Below, piece after piece: positions 39,543 to 48,967 of a DNA stretch of 62,920 nt. The notes below the pieces were generated by a model. That model had not been told where the DNA came from. It saw only the letters and a list, made by a program, of their open reading frames with translations, and ran no database searches. This DNA is from a virus (lineage: Duplodnaviria > Caudoviricetes), in IMG/VR virus record IMGVR_UViG_3300043391_000241, positions 1 through 62,920 of that record. One strand, written 5' to 3'. The first letter of the stretch is position 1. Each line of letters opens with the position of its first letter. Both the position numbers and the translations under genes were made by a program.

Positions 39543-40097
39543 CTATTGCGAATTCAGATAGTCGATGAGCGTTGACATCGGCTTGAGTTTCGCAATAGGG
39601 ATCGTGTATTGGTCAACGCGATGCTTGAATCCGTTATCACCATCTGGTTCTCCAGCTTTCTTGAATTCAGATAAACGCTTAAAGGAAGGCGTTTTGATCC
39701 AGCCTAATAGCCAAAATTTTGCCATCGAGTCGTGTCCTCTTAGGAATACGAAGATGTCGTTCACGAACATGTAAGTCTTCTTATGCTCGACAGTAGCTGC
39801 ATAAGAAGGATCTGGAATCCGAGAAGCCTTCTTTGTTTTGACTTCGATCTTAGTTCCTTTGGCAGTAATCAGATCGTAGCCGCGCACTGAATCGCCACTG
39901 TACTCTGCAATATCTTTGAGGTACTTATGCACAGCGATCTCGCCTAGCATCCCACTCATCCGTCCAGCCCCTCTTGTAAAAGAGTTCTGTAGTACGCCCA
40001 TCTTTTCGGAGCGTTCGGCAGCGAGTTTAAAGTCTTCGCCGTTTGGCCTGAACTCGATAAAGTTTTTATTGGCTGTCAGTTTAAATTGATCGGGCAT
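39543..40097 (-). CDS. PD-(D/E)XK-like endonuclease
   Basis: GMLGEIAV...YDL...IEVKT motifs; probable start MPDQF. Confidence 0.65.
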   Translation of the reverse strand: MPDQFKLTANKNFIEFRPNGEDFKLAAERSEKMGVLQNSFTRGAGRMSGMLGEIAVHKYLKDIAEYSGDSVRGYDLITAKGTKIEVKTKKASRIPDPSYAATVEHKKTYMFVNDIFVFLRGHDSMAKFWLLGWIKTPSFKRLSEFKKAGEPDGDNGFKHRVDQYTIPIAKLKPMSTLIDYLNSQ

Positions 40098-40395
40098 TAG
40101 CTTTGGTGATTCTTTTGAGGAAGGCATCCCATGACGGAAAGAAGATTTCCTCCATGCAACGGACAATCGGTTCTTGTTCGTATCGTTCTGAGAAGCCCAC
40201 TCCAGAAAGAAGCAGCGAAGCCTCCATCAGTTCGTGGCGGATTGTGAGTAGTTTTTCGGGATCAGGAATGGCTTTGCTGATCTCGATTAGTTTGAGGTCA
40301 TGTTTGTACTGACCGAAAGTGTCGTCTAAGTCAACAAAAATAAGCTTAACCCTACGGCCCGCTACAAGAATAGTTTTAGGCCAGCGGGCTTTCAT
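40081..40395 (-). CDS. Small zincin-like protein
   Basis: TIRHELMEA...EQE (HExxE variant). Confidence 0.6.
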   Translation of the reverse strand: MKARWPKTILVAGRRVKLIFVDLDDTFGQYKHDLKLIEISKAIPDPEKLLTIRHELMEASLLLSGVGFSERYEQEPIVRCMEEIFFPSWDAFLKRITKANARSI

Positions 40396-40398
40396 GGT

Positions 40399-40971
40399 CT
40401 AGTTTGTTGTGGTTGAGATCCAGTTTAGTATTCCCTTCGCATACGCTTTGGCTAATTCCTCACGTTTGCTGAAGTAAAGGCAGTTCTCCGTAGCGTTACT
40501 GCCGAAGAAAGGTTCACAGATTACGGCAGGGCAGTGCGTCTTTCGCAAGAAAACACCACCGCGATCCTCTGCATTGATCTGCTTTAGGCCGCGATTCTTC
40601 TGGTTCGGAAACGCTTTTGAGTGGCTTTGCAAGAGTTCGTCGGCAAGCTTTAGTCCCTTTGGACTAGAGAACCAGTGCAAAAACTCGTAGCCGTTGGCGT
40701 ACGGTCCAGCGGAATTGAAATGCAGCTCGATAGCGACATCGACTTTGAGGTCCTTTAAGTGCTGTGCGAGCCACTGCATCGCCGCGCCGTAGCCGTTACC
40801 TTCGTACCGATCCACAAGTACGGTCGCGTGACCCGCTGCTTCGATCAGTTCGCAAACACGTTTAGCAAGCGGTTGGTTAAACGCCCACTCCGTCACGCCT
40901 TCGACGTTCACTGCGCCTCTGTCGCCTGTACGGCTATGGCCCACACATATGGCTACGAGTTTTTTCGTCAT
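40399..40971 (-). CDS. Endolysin, N-acetylmuramoyl-L-alanine amidase (Amidase_3)
   Basis: GHS, E, ELHFNS and ICEPFF motifs. Confidence 0.92.
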   Translation of the reverse strand: MTKKLVAICVGHSRTGDRGAVNVEGVTEWAFNQPLAKRVCELIEAAGHATVLVDRYEGNGYGAAMQWLAQHLKDLKVDVAIELHFNSAGPYANGYEFLHWFSSPKGLKLADELLQSHSKAFPNQKNRGLKQINAEDRGGVFLRKTHCPAVICEPFFGSNATENCLYFSKREELAKAYAKGILNWISTTTN

Positions 40972-41111
40972 TTACGTTGGTTGGACAGGCTCATCTCCAA
41001 TAAAAAAGAGCCGATCCCGTTCAGCTTAGAACGGAACCAGCTTTGTTTCGCGCTGCCTAAGCAGCCGTTCGGCATACTTAAAGCACGCAGGAGCACCTGC
41101 TGTGATCGCAT

Positions 41112-41264
41112 TTACTTAGCGTCAGCAGCTTTGATGAGTCCAACGCCAGCAGTAACGCTAGTGATGAGCGTGCCGATATCGAACGTGCCTGTCTTCAGGA
41201 ACGTGATGGCGGTAAAGGTAAGGCTGGACACGATGGTAAGGATTCCGATTGCGGTAGTTTTCAT
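41112..41264 (-). CDS. Holin-like small membrane protein (50 aa, MKTTAIGILTIVSS...GLIKAADAK)
   Basis: Translated by hand; two hydrophobic segments; upstream of the endolysin. Confidence 0.7.
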   Translation of the reverse strand: MKTTAIGILTIVSSLTFTAITFLKTGTFDIGTLITSVTAGVGLIKAADAK

Positions 41265-41275
41265 AGTAGTGTGGG

Positions 41276-41458
41276 TTATGGTTTATTGAACTTGCGACTG
41301 ACGGCACGATACAGGGAAATGAGTCCGATTGCAAGACCAATGCAGGAGCCTGTAAATCGGACAGACCAGTCAAGCTGTTCCTGAAACGTGGATACGACTG
41401 CGAAGGTCGATCCGCAGATTCCAACCAGTCCGTTAAGGAGGATTTGAGGAGTATTCAT
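41276..41458 (-). CDS. Holin-like small membrane protein (60 aa)
   Basis: Two hydrophobic segments and a basic C-terminus. Confidence 0.65.
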   Translation of the reverse strand: MNTPQILLNGLVGICGSTFAVVSTFQEQLDWSVRFTGSCIGLAIGLISLYRAVSRKFNKP

Positions 41459-41486
41459 CGGTGGAAACTGATCAGGTGTCATACGC

Positions 41487-42440
41487 TTAGTACATGTTGT
41501 AAGGAGTCCCGTTCCCTGAATAAGGGTCCACGCGCATAGTCTGTCTGGCTCCGCCGCGATAGGCGTCTTTTTCGTCTTCCAAAAGCTGTTTGCAGACTTG
41601 CCAGTGGTAGTTGGCGCGTTCGATGTCGGCGTTATCTTCAGCCGTCGTAGCCAGAATGCCATGCTTGATGCAGTTCACGTTGCCCAAATAGACTACGTCA
41701 GACTCGTCCATGATCGGGACGAACGCACGCTTAAGCAAAAGGAAAATTTCTTGCGTAGCACTCGCTGGAGTGCGAGTGCGGAAACGGCGGTAGCGGAAGA
41801 TCTTGTCGCCTTTCCCTTCCGCTAGAACCAGCTTGTCGTCAACAGTCAGCCCGCTTTCGACTGCATAGATTTCAAGATCGGTCGGTATGCCATCGAATCG
41901 GATCTCCGAAACAGCATTGATCTGGTTCGCATTTCCGAACGCTTTCAAAGCCAGACTGCCATTTGCGTTGGTTAGGGAGAAGTCTTCTTGTAAAGAGGTG
42001 ATGTTACCGTTGAGGAGCGTGAATTTTATCTGGATGATCCCATCGGAAGGGAGGTTTCCTGTGACAGCTTTCACCGAAAGAGTGTAGCCTTTAGTCGAAT
42101 CAAGAGCCTCTTTGGTACTGTGTACGCCATCATCTACAACGCCGAATACTCCATACGCGCTGTACGTATCAGGCATTCCGCCAATCGAGTAGTCGTGCCA
42201 CTGCGCCCAAAGGCTCTGCGGCGACTTATCGACTGTCGCCGCCATGATTGATTCGGCGTCTTGCGGCAGAGCAAAGTAGCCGTTGCTGGTGGTAATGCGG
42301 TACTCAAATGCCAAATCCCGCCAGTAACCCATTGCGTAGAGACGCGGAAGCACCAGATTCAGGACGGGAATGAACCGCTGATCTGGCGAACAGTAGCTGG
42401 AAAGCTGGTCCGAAAGGGACTTTACCGTCATTGCTGGCAT
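41487..42440 (-). CDS. Putative head-tail adaptor / tail tubular protein
   Basis: Position in the structural block; no diagnostic motif. Confidence 0.45.
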   Translation of the reverse strand: MPAMTVKSLSDQLSSYCSPDQRFIPVLNLVLPRLYAMGYWRDLAFEYRITTSNGYFALPQDAESIMAATVDKSPQSLWAQWHDYSIGGMPDTYSAYGVFGVVDDGVHSTKEALDSTKGYTLSVKAVTGNLPSDGIIQIKFTLLNGNITSLQEDFSLTNANGSLALKAFGNANQINAVSEIRFDGIPTDLEIYAVESGLTVDDKLVLAEGKGDKIFRYRRFRTRTPASATQEIFLLLKRAFVPIMDESDVVYLGNVNCIKHGILATTAEDNADIERANYHWQVCKQLLEDEKDAYRGGARQTMRVDPYSGNGTPYNMY

Positions 42441-42533
42441 AGGCGCATGGTAGGGATTTGAAGTACAGGAGTCAAGTCAATAAAAGAGCCAAGACCCCCG
42501 CAGGAATCTTGGCTCAGGATTCATCAGGCGGGA

Positions 42534-43055
42534 TTATTCCTCTGTGACCTCCACAGAGCTAATGTCAGTCTGGAACGTAAGCGTGTAGTTGCGGGTAAGA
42601 ATGCCAGTAGTATCGTTAATCGAGCTGCTCCTACCGATAAACATTTTAGCTGGAGCAGTCCCAGCCGTAGTGTACGTTTGATACTTCTGGTAAGCTGCTT
42701 CGACGATACCCATAAGGATTCGACGAACATCTCCAGATTTAACGGTAGCACCAGTTCCAGTAGAGATTGTTCCAGTTGTTAAAGCTGTAAAAGTATCTCC
42801 AACTGTAGGCGAACTTGTACCGTTCCAACCAATGGTATTCCATTCGGCTGTTGTTGCCGATCCCAAAGCGATAATAGTGTAGGTAAGCCCGATTGTAAGC
42901 GTACCTGAATTTGTAAGGGATATCGTAGCCGACTCAATAATTTCGTCAGCCGTAAGACCGCTGCCAGTTAAGCTTAAGGGATTGATGAGCATTTTGCTGG
43001 ACGACACCGAATAGTCAGATCCCAAATAGTCCGAAGGTAAAAGTTTTTTAGCCAT
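42534..43055 (-). CDS. Putative structural protein
   Basis: T/S/G-rich; YTIIALGS-T-W...VGDTFTA module. Confidence 0.6.
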   Translation of the reverse strand: MAKKLLPSDYLGSDYSVSSSKMLINPLSLTGSGLTADEIIESATISLTNSGTLTIGLTYTIIALGSATTAEWNTIGWNGTSSPTVGDTFTALTTGTISTGTGATVKSGDVRRILMGIVEAAYQKYQTYTTAGTAPAKMFIGRSSSINDTTGILTRNYTLTFQTDISSVEVTEE

Positions 43056-43100
43056 ATACGTGTGAGTTTAGGGTGTTTTTAGAAGGATTGCAAGTGTTTT

Positions 43101-45998
43101 CTACGGGTAAGTTTCGCCCGTAGTTTGGTACTTGAAGCCGAAAGGACTGTTTGGTGTGCCCGTAAAACGGACGTTTACGATCTTTTTGTAACCAATTTCT
43201 TCTGGTGGTTCGAGCGTGTACACGGGTGAGTACCAGCTAAGGTCATTTGAATCTGCAAGGCAAGATGCCGTTTGACCCAAACCGTTTCCCGTCCAATCCC
43301 AAGTGTAGTCCGCTTGGATTTCAGGCGATCTCTGTGAAGTAAATACCGTAAGGACATCCCACATGATCCTAAACGAAGTGCCTTCGTATTGGGGTGGAAC
43401 CTTCCAGCGATAGAAAGACTTTATCTTCCTTTGAAGCGTCCCATCGTTGTACCCATCGTTTGTTCCGTATGAACTGCGCGGAATCGTTTGCTTGTACGCG
43501 GCAACCGTATCTTTTTTGGGGTCGTACTCAGGCTCGTTCGGCCATTTAAGACGTGCGGGGAACCCCAAGTTATACGTCGCTGCGTTGGAGTACTGTAACT
43601 TTGTTTGCTCTTCCGTTGTAAACTCATCGTTATCCTCTTTTAGGGTAGTTCCTTGCGGGGTAAAGATCATAGTATAGCTAAAATCTTCAGCCTGAAAAGT
43701 TTCTTCTTCAGCACTCGGGTTGGTTTTGGCCGTTACGGTTATGTTCCATTTGTAACTTGGCGTAACGGTCTGTTCATTATTAGCAGGGTCTACAAAACCT
43801 GCAATCTGTTCTCCGTCTGAAGACACACTAAACGGTAGTTCGTATGTAATTACATCATTCGGTAAGTCGTGCGAGCCTTCCGTTTTTAGTACGCATTCAG
43901 CAAATATAGGTGTTGCGTCGGAAGATACTGTTACACCGTTGTTCGTATACGTTCCTGAGTACGCGCCAGTTTTTTGATCCCAGCTCCCGCCATATTGTTT
44001 TGAATCACTCTCAGAGAAAACAAAACCAGAAGCAATTAGCTCGTTTCGATTTAGTTTGGCTAATGGAGAATTTGGCTTAAGCGTTCGTACTTTTGAAACA
44101 TTTAAGCTGTACGAGTACGAACCGCTATAAGATAGGGAAGTAGTTCCGTTTGAGTTTGAAGGTCCTCCAACGTCGTCATCCGCAGAAGCCAGATAATTTT
44201 TTGTTGTTGTTTTGGAGTACGTTAGCTGTTTTGACTCTGTTACTTCTTCGTAGTATTGGCCGCGATCATAAATACAACGCGTATTTCTGGGCGGGTAAAG
44301 CGGGTTTAAGCTAGTTGTTATTGCTTTGCTGTTTGCAACATAGTACGTTACATCGTTTTGCTTAACGCCGAGCGTGTTGTATTCTTCAATTAAAATCCTC
44401 CAGCCATTACTTGTTCTTTTACGTCGGTATTTCAGAGAAGTAATGTTGTTTTTATCGAAATCTAAACTGCCTTCGTACGCAGCATAAGTTGTGTTATCTC
44501 CATCGTCAACCTGCAATCTAGTATTAACACTTCCAGACAATATAATTTTAGTGTTTCCTTTTTCGTCGTACTCTGTTATTTCTTGTCGCGTGTAGCTTCC
44601 CGAATAAGTTACACCAGTTTCTGGAATATCTGGTGCTAGTTCGTCGATGGTTTCAATGGAGGTAGTGCGCCCAACCCATCTGTCTTTTGGGCCAGTGCAA
44701 ACTTGTAAGTATCTGTCATCAGGATACTCTTTACCGTCGTCTCCTATGTAAGTAGCGTCCTTAGCCGTGTACGTAGTGATCTTCCTAGCGTTAGGACCGA
44801 TTGGCTGTGTTATTGTCCTATAGCGTGGCTTCGGTTCTCCGCGTTTATAACTTGGGTCCTTTACGCCTATTCCATTGTTATTAGGTGCGCTGTACGTTAT
44901 GTAAGGTTTAATTGGCTCAGGGGAGACAACTGTTTTCAATGGGTATCCCCCAATATCAGGACTGCCTATTTCGTAACTAATGTCATCTTCGCCTGTTTCG
45001 GTTATTTTGGTGTATCCGCTATAGTAGCCGTCTTGATCGAAACTTCCAGAAGAGGTGTATCGGTAAGTTGATGTATCCTTAGTCTTGTTGTGGAGCGTTG
45101 TTGTCGTAAGCACCACCTTACTGTACGAAGAATCTCCTGAAAAAGTTACTACTGGATTCTGGTAAGGATTACTTTCGTAGTAATTTATTTTTTCTTGTTT
45201 CGCAAAAGTCCCTGCATATGTAGTTTGTTTTCTTTGCTGGAGAACAATATCTTCTTCGTAAGTGAGTTTCTTTTCAAAGCTGCTTTGATCTAACGTAATT
45301 TGGCTTTCAGATCTAAACGAAAGACCAGAACCAGATTGGCTGGACTTGCTAGTAAAAGTACTGCCGTCTGGGAAAATAGGGTATAATAGTTCAGATGTAG
45401 TTGTTTCTCCCGATTCCAAAAGCTCTACCAACTTCCCGCTGAAGTAACCGTTCTTGTCAAACGACCCAGTGTATTGTCTGCGTAGCTTTATGGTTTGTTC
45501 TACGCCTTCGCGCAAGGAATACTTTTTAGTTGTACTAACCGTGTACTTGTAATTTCCAGAGTAGGTTACGGACTCAACGTCAGTGAATACCCTTCTGGAG
45601 AACGAAGCTTCTTGCTCGACTTCCACGTCTGCTTGAACTGTGAAGTCGTAAGTGAAATCAGTGTCGCCGTACGACGAGCCATTAAAATGCGGGTTCTCTG
45701 TCCATCGATCAATCGAAGTTGATTTCGTTATTAAGAACGGATGGTGCTTGTATGTTACACCACCGCCGCTGGCGTGGGTGCGCGTAATTGAGTGACCGTC
45801 TTCGTAGTACTCCGTTTCTGAACTGTAGTCAGGTCCATCATCTTCGTTGTCTTCGTAGTTAATTACACCGCAAAGATTACGACGTTCTTGGACGGATGTG
45901 TATTCGATTAAGGGGGTAGGAGCCGACGGAATTAAACAGCATGAACTCTGCCCAATTAGTTCGTTCCAATCAGCCAACGTATCTATTGTATCTGACAT
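43101..45998 (-). CDS. T/S/Y-rich putative tail / receptor-binding protein (965 aa)
   Basis: Beta-rich composition with internal degenerate repeats. Confidence 0.6.
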   Translation of the reverse strand: MSDTIDTLADWNELIGQSSCCLIPSAPTPLIEYTSVQERRNLCGVINYEDNEDDGPDYSSETEYYEDGHSITRTHASGGGVTYKHHPFLITKSTSIDRWTENPHFNGSSYGDTDFTYDFTVQADVEVEQEASFSRRVFTDVESVTYSGNYKYTVSTTKKYSLREGVEQTIKLRRQYTGSFDKNGYFSGKLVELLESGETTTSELLYPIFPDGSTFTSKSSQSGSGLSFRSESQITLDQSSFEKKLTYEEDIVLQQRKQTTYAGTFAKQEKINYYESNPYQNPVVTFSGDSSYSKVVLTTTTLHNKTKDTSTYRYTSSGSFDQDGYYSGYTKITETGEDDISYEIGSPDIGGYPLKTVVSPEPIKPYITYSAPNNNGIGVKDPSYKRGEPKPRYRTITQPIGPNARKITTYTAKDATYIGDDGKEYPDDRYLQVCTGPKDRWVGRTTSIETIDELAPDIPETGVTYSGSYTRQEITEYDEKGNTKIILSGSVNTRLQVDDGDNTTYAAYEGSLDFDKNNITSLKYRRKRTSNGWRILIEEYNTLGVKQNDVTYYVANSKAITTSLNPLYPPRNTRCIYDRGQYYEEVTESKQLTYSKTTTKNYLASADDDVGGPSNSNGTTSLSYSGSYSYSLNVSKVRTLKPNSPLAKLNRNELIASGFVFSESDSKQYGGSWDQKTGAYSGTYTNNGVTVSSDATPIFAECVLKTEGSHDLPNDVITYELPFSVSSDGEQIAGFVDPANNEQTVTPSYKWNITVTAKTNPSAEEETFQAEDFSYTMIFTPQGTTLKEDNDEFTTEEQTKLQYSNAATYNLGFPARLKWPNEPEYDPKKDTVAAYKQTIPRSSYGTNDGYNDGTLQRKIKSFYRWKVPPQYEGTSFRIMWDVLTVFTSQRSPEIQADYTWDWTGNGLGQTASCLADSNDLSWYSPVYTLEPPEEIGYKKIVNVRFTGTPNSPFGFKYQTTGETYP

Positions 45999-46628
45999 TT
46001 AAGCGTTTCGGTTTACGGTAAAACCACTGAAGCAGAAGCTAATGAAGAAGTTACCTAGCTGGTTTGGGGCGAACGAACCCAATGTAAACTGACCTAATGA
46101 AGTCCTAAACGTACCATCTTTTGTACCTTTCGATGGCAGAACCGTTTGGCCGATACTTTTTGAAACGCTAATTGAGGCATCGCTAAGGTTGAATTGAGGA
46201 AGAAGTACGCCGTCCCTGACAACTCCACTCCCCTCCACGGTAAGGACCAAGTGTTCTTTATCCCTACCGCGCCATTCGTTTGATGAGTAGTCAAATATCT
46301 TGTAAGGTTCAATAGCGATTCCTTTTGATCCAGCGGTAACGTATCCGCCATTCAAAAATAAATCTCCGTTCTCATCCGCATTGATTCCATAGAAGTTCCC
46401 AAACTTCGAAAACTTTGTGCCGCTTGCCATAAGCGGTTCGGCTGCGGTAATGCTTGTATTAGAGAATGAAGAAACTTCTGCCAAAGCACGCGGCCCATAC
46501 TTTACGGGAGCATAGTGCGGCTTCTGGATTGCGGTTCCGAACCCCGCTTTTTTAGAGTCAGCATTGCCGACACCTGCTTGAAGCGGGATGCTTCTGGAAA
46601 GATCCGACGTTGATCCGAATTGTGCCAT
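45999..46628 (-). CDS. Putative tail protein
   Basis: Tightly packed in the tail block. Confidence 0.55.
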   Translation of the reverse strand: MAQFGSTSDLSRSIPLQAGVGNADSKKAGFGTAIQKPHYAPVKYGPRALAEVSSFSNTSITAAEPLMASGTKFSKFGNFYGINADENGDLFLNGGYVTAGSKGIAIEPYKIFDYSSNEWRGRDKEHLVLTVEGSGVVRDGVLLPQFNLSDASISVSKSIGQTVLPSKGTKDGTFRTSLGQFTLGSFAPNQLGNFFISFCFSGFTVNRNA

Positions 46629-48625
46629 TATACGTTATCGTCTTTCCACTTAATGTAGATCTCTTTAATAACAAAGCCTTTTTCGTACGGTTCGATGTCT
46701 ACCGCGTGGAGCTGATATCCTGTTGGGACTTTAGTTGGTACGGTGGCGGGTATTGATTTAAAGTCGTCATCGAGCTGAGTTCCTGCTTTGAACTCAGGAT
46801 CAGAAGTACCAATGGTGTCCTTTAAAGAGATCTGTTCGTGAAGAGTTGGTCCGATCTGGAGATTGAACGTCAAGCCTTCGTAGTCAATGCTTGTTGGATT
46901 AAACCGAATAATGTTAAAAGAAGTTTCTTGCGGTGCTTCGTCTTGGTAATACTCAACGATCTTTGCGGGAAACAAGCCAGTAAAACCTTCTTTAATAATT
47001 GGTTTTACAACAATTTTATCACGCGTGTCGCGTGTAGATTTAAAACTTGCTTGACGTTCAACTACTTGAAAAGCTACGCGTGTAAGTTCCGCTGGGCGGG
47101 TTGCTTGAACAAACGAGAAATACGTATTTTTTTGTTTCGGAGAAACCGTAACGGTATCGCGTTTATATATCTTTGTAATGCCATCGGTAGCTACCAATTC
47201 AGAATCGTAGATGTCTGACTCAGGACCAAATGGGTTAATTGAGTACTCCGTCTCTACTACCCTTTTAAGAATCTTTGTGTTCTTTTGACTAGACGTAAAC
47301 TTTTGTAAGTTAGTGTCTAAGAGTACTTTCGACTCTCTAACTTTATAAGCAGTGACTTGCCCGTCAGTGTACGCCAAGTCAACGTCACCAATTCCGCTGG
47401 AGCGCAATTCGTTGTTTGGTGAGTAGCGATCCGTATGCTCAAACCGATATCCAACCCTTACTTCTTTTGAAACTCCGATTTGAGTTTCTTTTGCAGTAGC
47501 CGTTACGTTACTGACTTCGTAAACGGTTGTTTGCCCGTCATTGTAAATTACATTGGACGAGCCAGTTGGTGCGGAAATATCGCCTGTAGTGCTGTACGTT
47601 TTAGCAGACGTAAGTGCAACGAAAGGCTTTACGTCTTTCTCTGTACCAGCAGATCCCGCTCTAGCCTGCGACGTTACGTTACTGACTTCGTAAACGGTTG
47701 TTTGTCCGTCGTTGAAAATTACATTGGACGAGCCAGTTGGTGCGGAAATATCGCCTGTAGTGCTGTACGTTTTAGCAGACGTAAGTGCAACGAAAGGCTT
47801 TACGTCTTTCTCTGTACCAGCAGGACCAGTTCTAGCGGTAGAAACCTCAACGGTGTTCTGGTAAACTTTGTCCGTTCCGTTGTCGTACACCAACTGGCTG
47901 TTGCCGTTGCCCGTAGCAGGGAGTGTTGGTGTTGATGCAGCCGTGGAGTTGCTGTCGATCTTAATGAAAGGCTTCTGTTCTCTGGCCGAAGCGATTGTGC
48001 CGCCCGTTACAATTACCGATTCGGTCTGGTTCGTCCAGCCCTTTTCGTCCAACTGACTCTGGCTATTGCCGCCCGTAACGGGGTTTACGCCAATTTGGGT
48101 GGTTCTACGTACTGAATAACCTGTTTTCGAGTCGCTGCTTTTGGCGATTTCTACGCCCTGCTTGCTGTAGATGTGTTCTACGTTGACGTACAGCGAGTCC
48201 AGTTCCTTCTCGTCGATCCGCTTTACGTTGCGCGTGGCGTACTTGTACTCTGGAAACCGAACGTCAACTGTTCCGTCTGCTGGCTCGTTAAAGGTAGCCA
48301 GTTCGCTACGCAAAATTACGTATGCGCGGTTAAGTACAAACCCACCTTCTAAGTACTGGAAGTTGTACAGATCCTGATTATCTCTTTCCGCTGCGTAGAA
48401 GAACTCAAAGATCCCGTCCCGCTCGATTGGAACAGGCTTAATGAAAACAAGCTTGTGGTACGGCCACTTTTCAGAGTTAGGGTGTGGCGTGCCGTACGCA
48501 GGGAATGGATCGTTGCCGCGAGTGCAGTCACGTATTTCGCTAAACAGTACGTCCCCCACAAGAGGCGTAGGGAAGTTCCTATTGTCCTGCCTGTACGGTG
48601 CTTGCGGTAACGGAGAGATTGGCAT
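46628..48625 (-). CDS. Putative tail protein with 57-aa internal repeats
   Basis: 171-bp-period duplication at 47502-47824. Confidence 0.65.
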   Translation of the reverse strand: MPISPLPQAPYRQDNRNFPTPLVGDVLFSEIRDCTRGNDPFPAYGTPHPNSEKWPYHKLVFIKPVPIERDGIFEFFYAAERDNQDLYNFQYLEGGFVLNRAYVILRSELATFNEPADGTVDVRFPEYKYATRNVKRIDEKELDSLYVNVEHIYSKQGVEIAKSSDSKTGYSVRRTTQIGVNPVTGGNSQSQLDEKGWTNQTESVIVTGGTIASAREQKPFIKIDSNSTAASTPTLPATGNGNSQLVYDNGTDKVYQNTVEVSTARTGPAGTEKDVKPFVALTSAKTYSTTGDISAPTGSSNVIFNDGQTTVYEVSNVTSQARAGSAGTEKDVKPFVALTSAKTYSTTGDISAPTGSSNVIYNDGQTTVYEVSNVTATAKETQIGVSKEVRVGYRFEHTDRYSPNNELRSSGIGDVDLAYTDGQVTAYKVRESKVLLDTNLQKFTSSQKNTKILKRVVETEYSINPFGPESDIYDSELVATDGITKIYKRDTVTVSPKQKNTYFSFVQATRPAELTRVAFQVVERQASFKSTRDTRDKIVVKPIIKEGFTGLFPAKIVEYYQDEAPQETSFNIIRFNPTSIDYEGLTFNLQIGPTLHEQISLKDTIGTSDPEFKAGTQLDDDFKSIPATVPTKVPTGYQLHAVDIEPYEKGFVIKEIYIKWKDDNV

Positions 48626-48637
48626 CAGGATAAAGGG

Positions 48638-48967
48638 TTAGGCCCAAAAGATATTAGGCACGTTTGGATCGTCAATAGGTCGTGGGACTGGAACGTCGTT
48701 GCCTGCATCGTCTGTGATCGTCATGTTGGATGACCAGAAAATGAACTGCTCGCCGCCTTCAGGAACAGGGATTCCGACAAGATCACGGAACAAGACCCAA
48801 TACTTTCCATCGCCGTTATGCTCGCCAATTTGATGGAGTGCGTGGGTATGGCTTGCAAGAGACGAGAATACCAATCCTGATTCAGGATCGAGTTTAGCGA
48901 AACCGTTGGAAACGCCGAATTGTTCAGCAGTTTGCTTGTTGGGGAACTTTAGAAGATAGTCAATCAT
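48638..48967 (-). CDS. Tail-fibre-associated protein
   Basis: Directly follows the lectin-like fibre gene. Confidence 0.55.
   Translation of the reverse strand: MIDYLLKFPNKQTAEQFGVSNGFAKLDPESGLVFSSLASHTHALHQIGEHNGDGKYWVLFRDLVGIPVPEGGEQFIFWSSNMTITDDAGNDVPVPRPIDDPNVPNIFWA

Noticed and set aside
47502-47824. Diversity-generating retroelement TR/VR pair
   Set aside because: In-frame tandem duplication within one gene, and no reverse transcriptase
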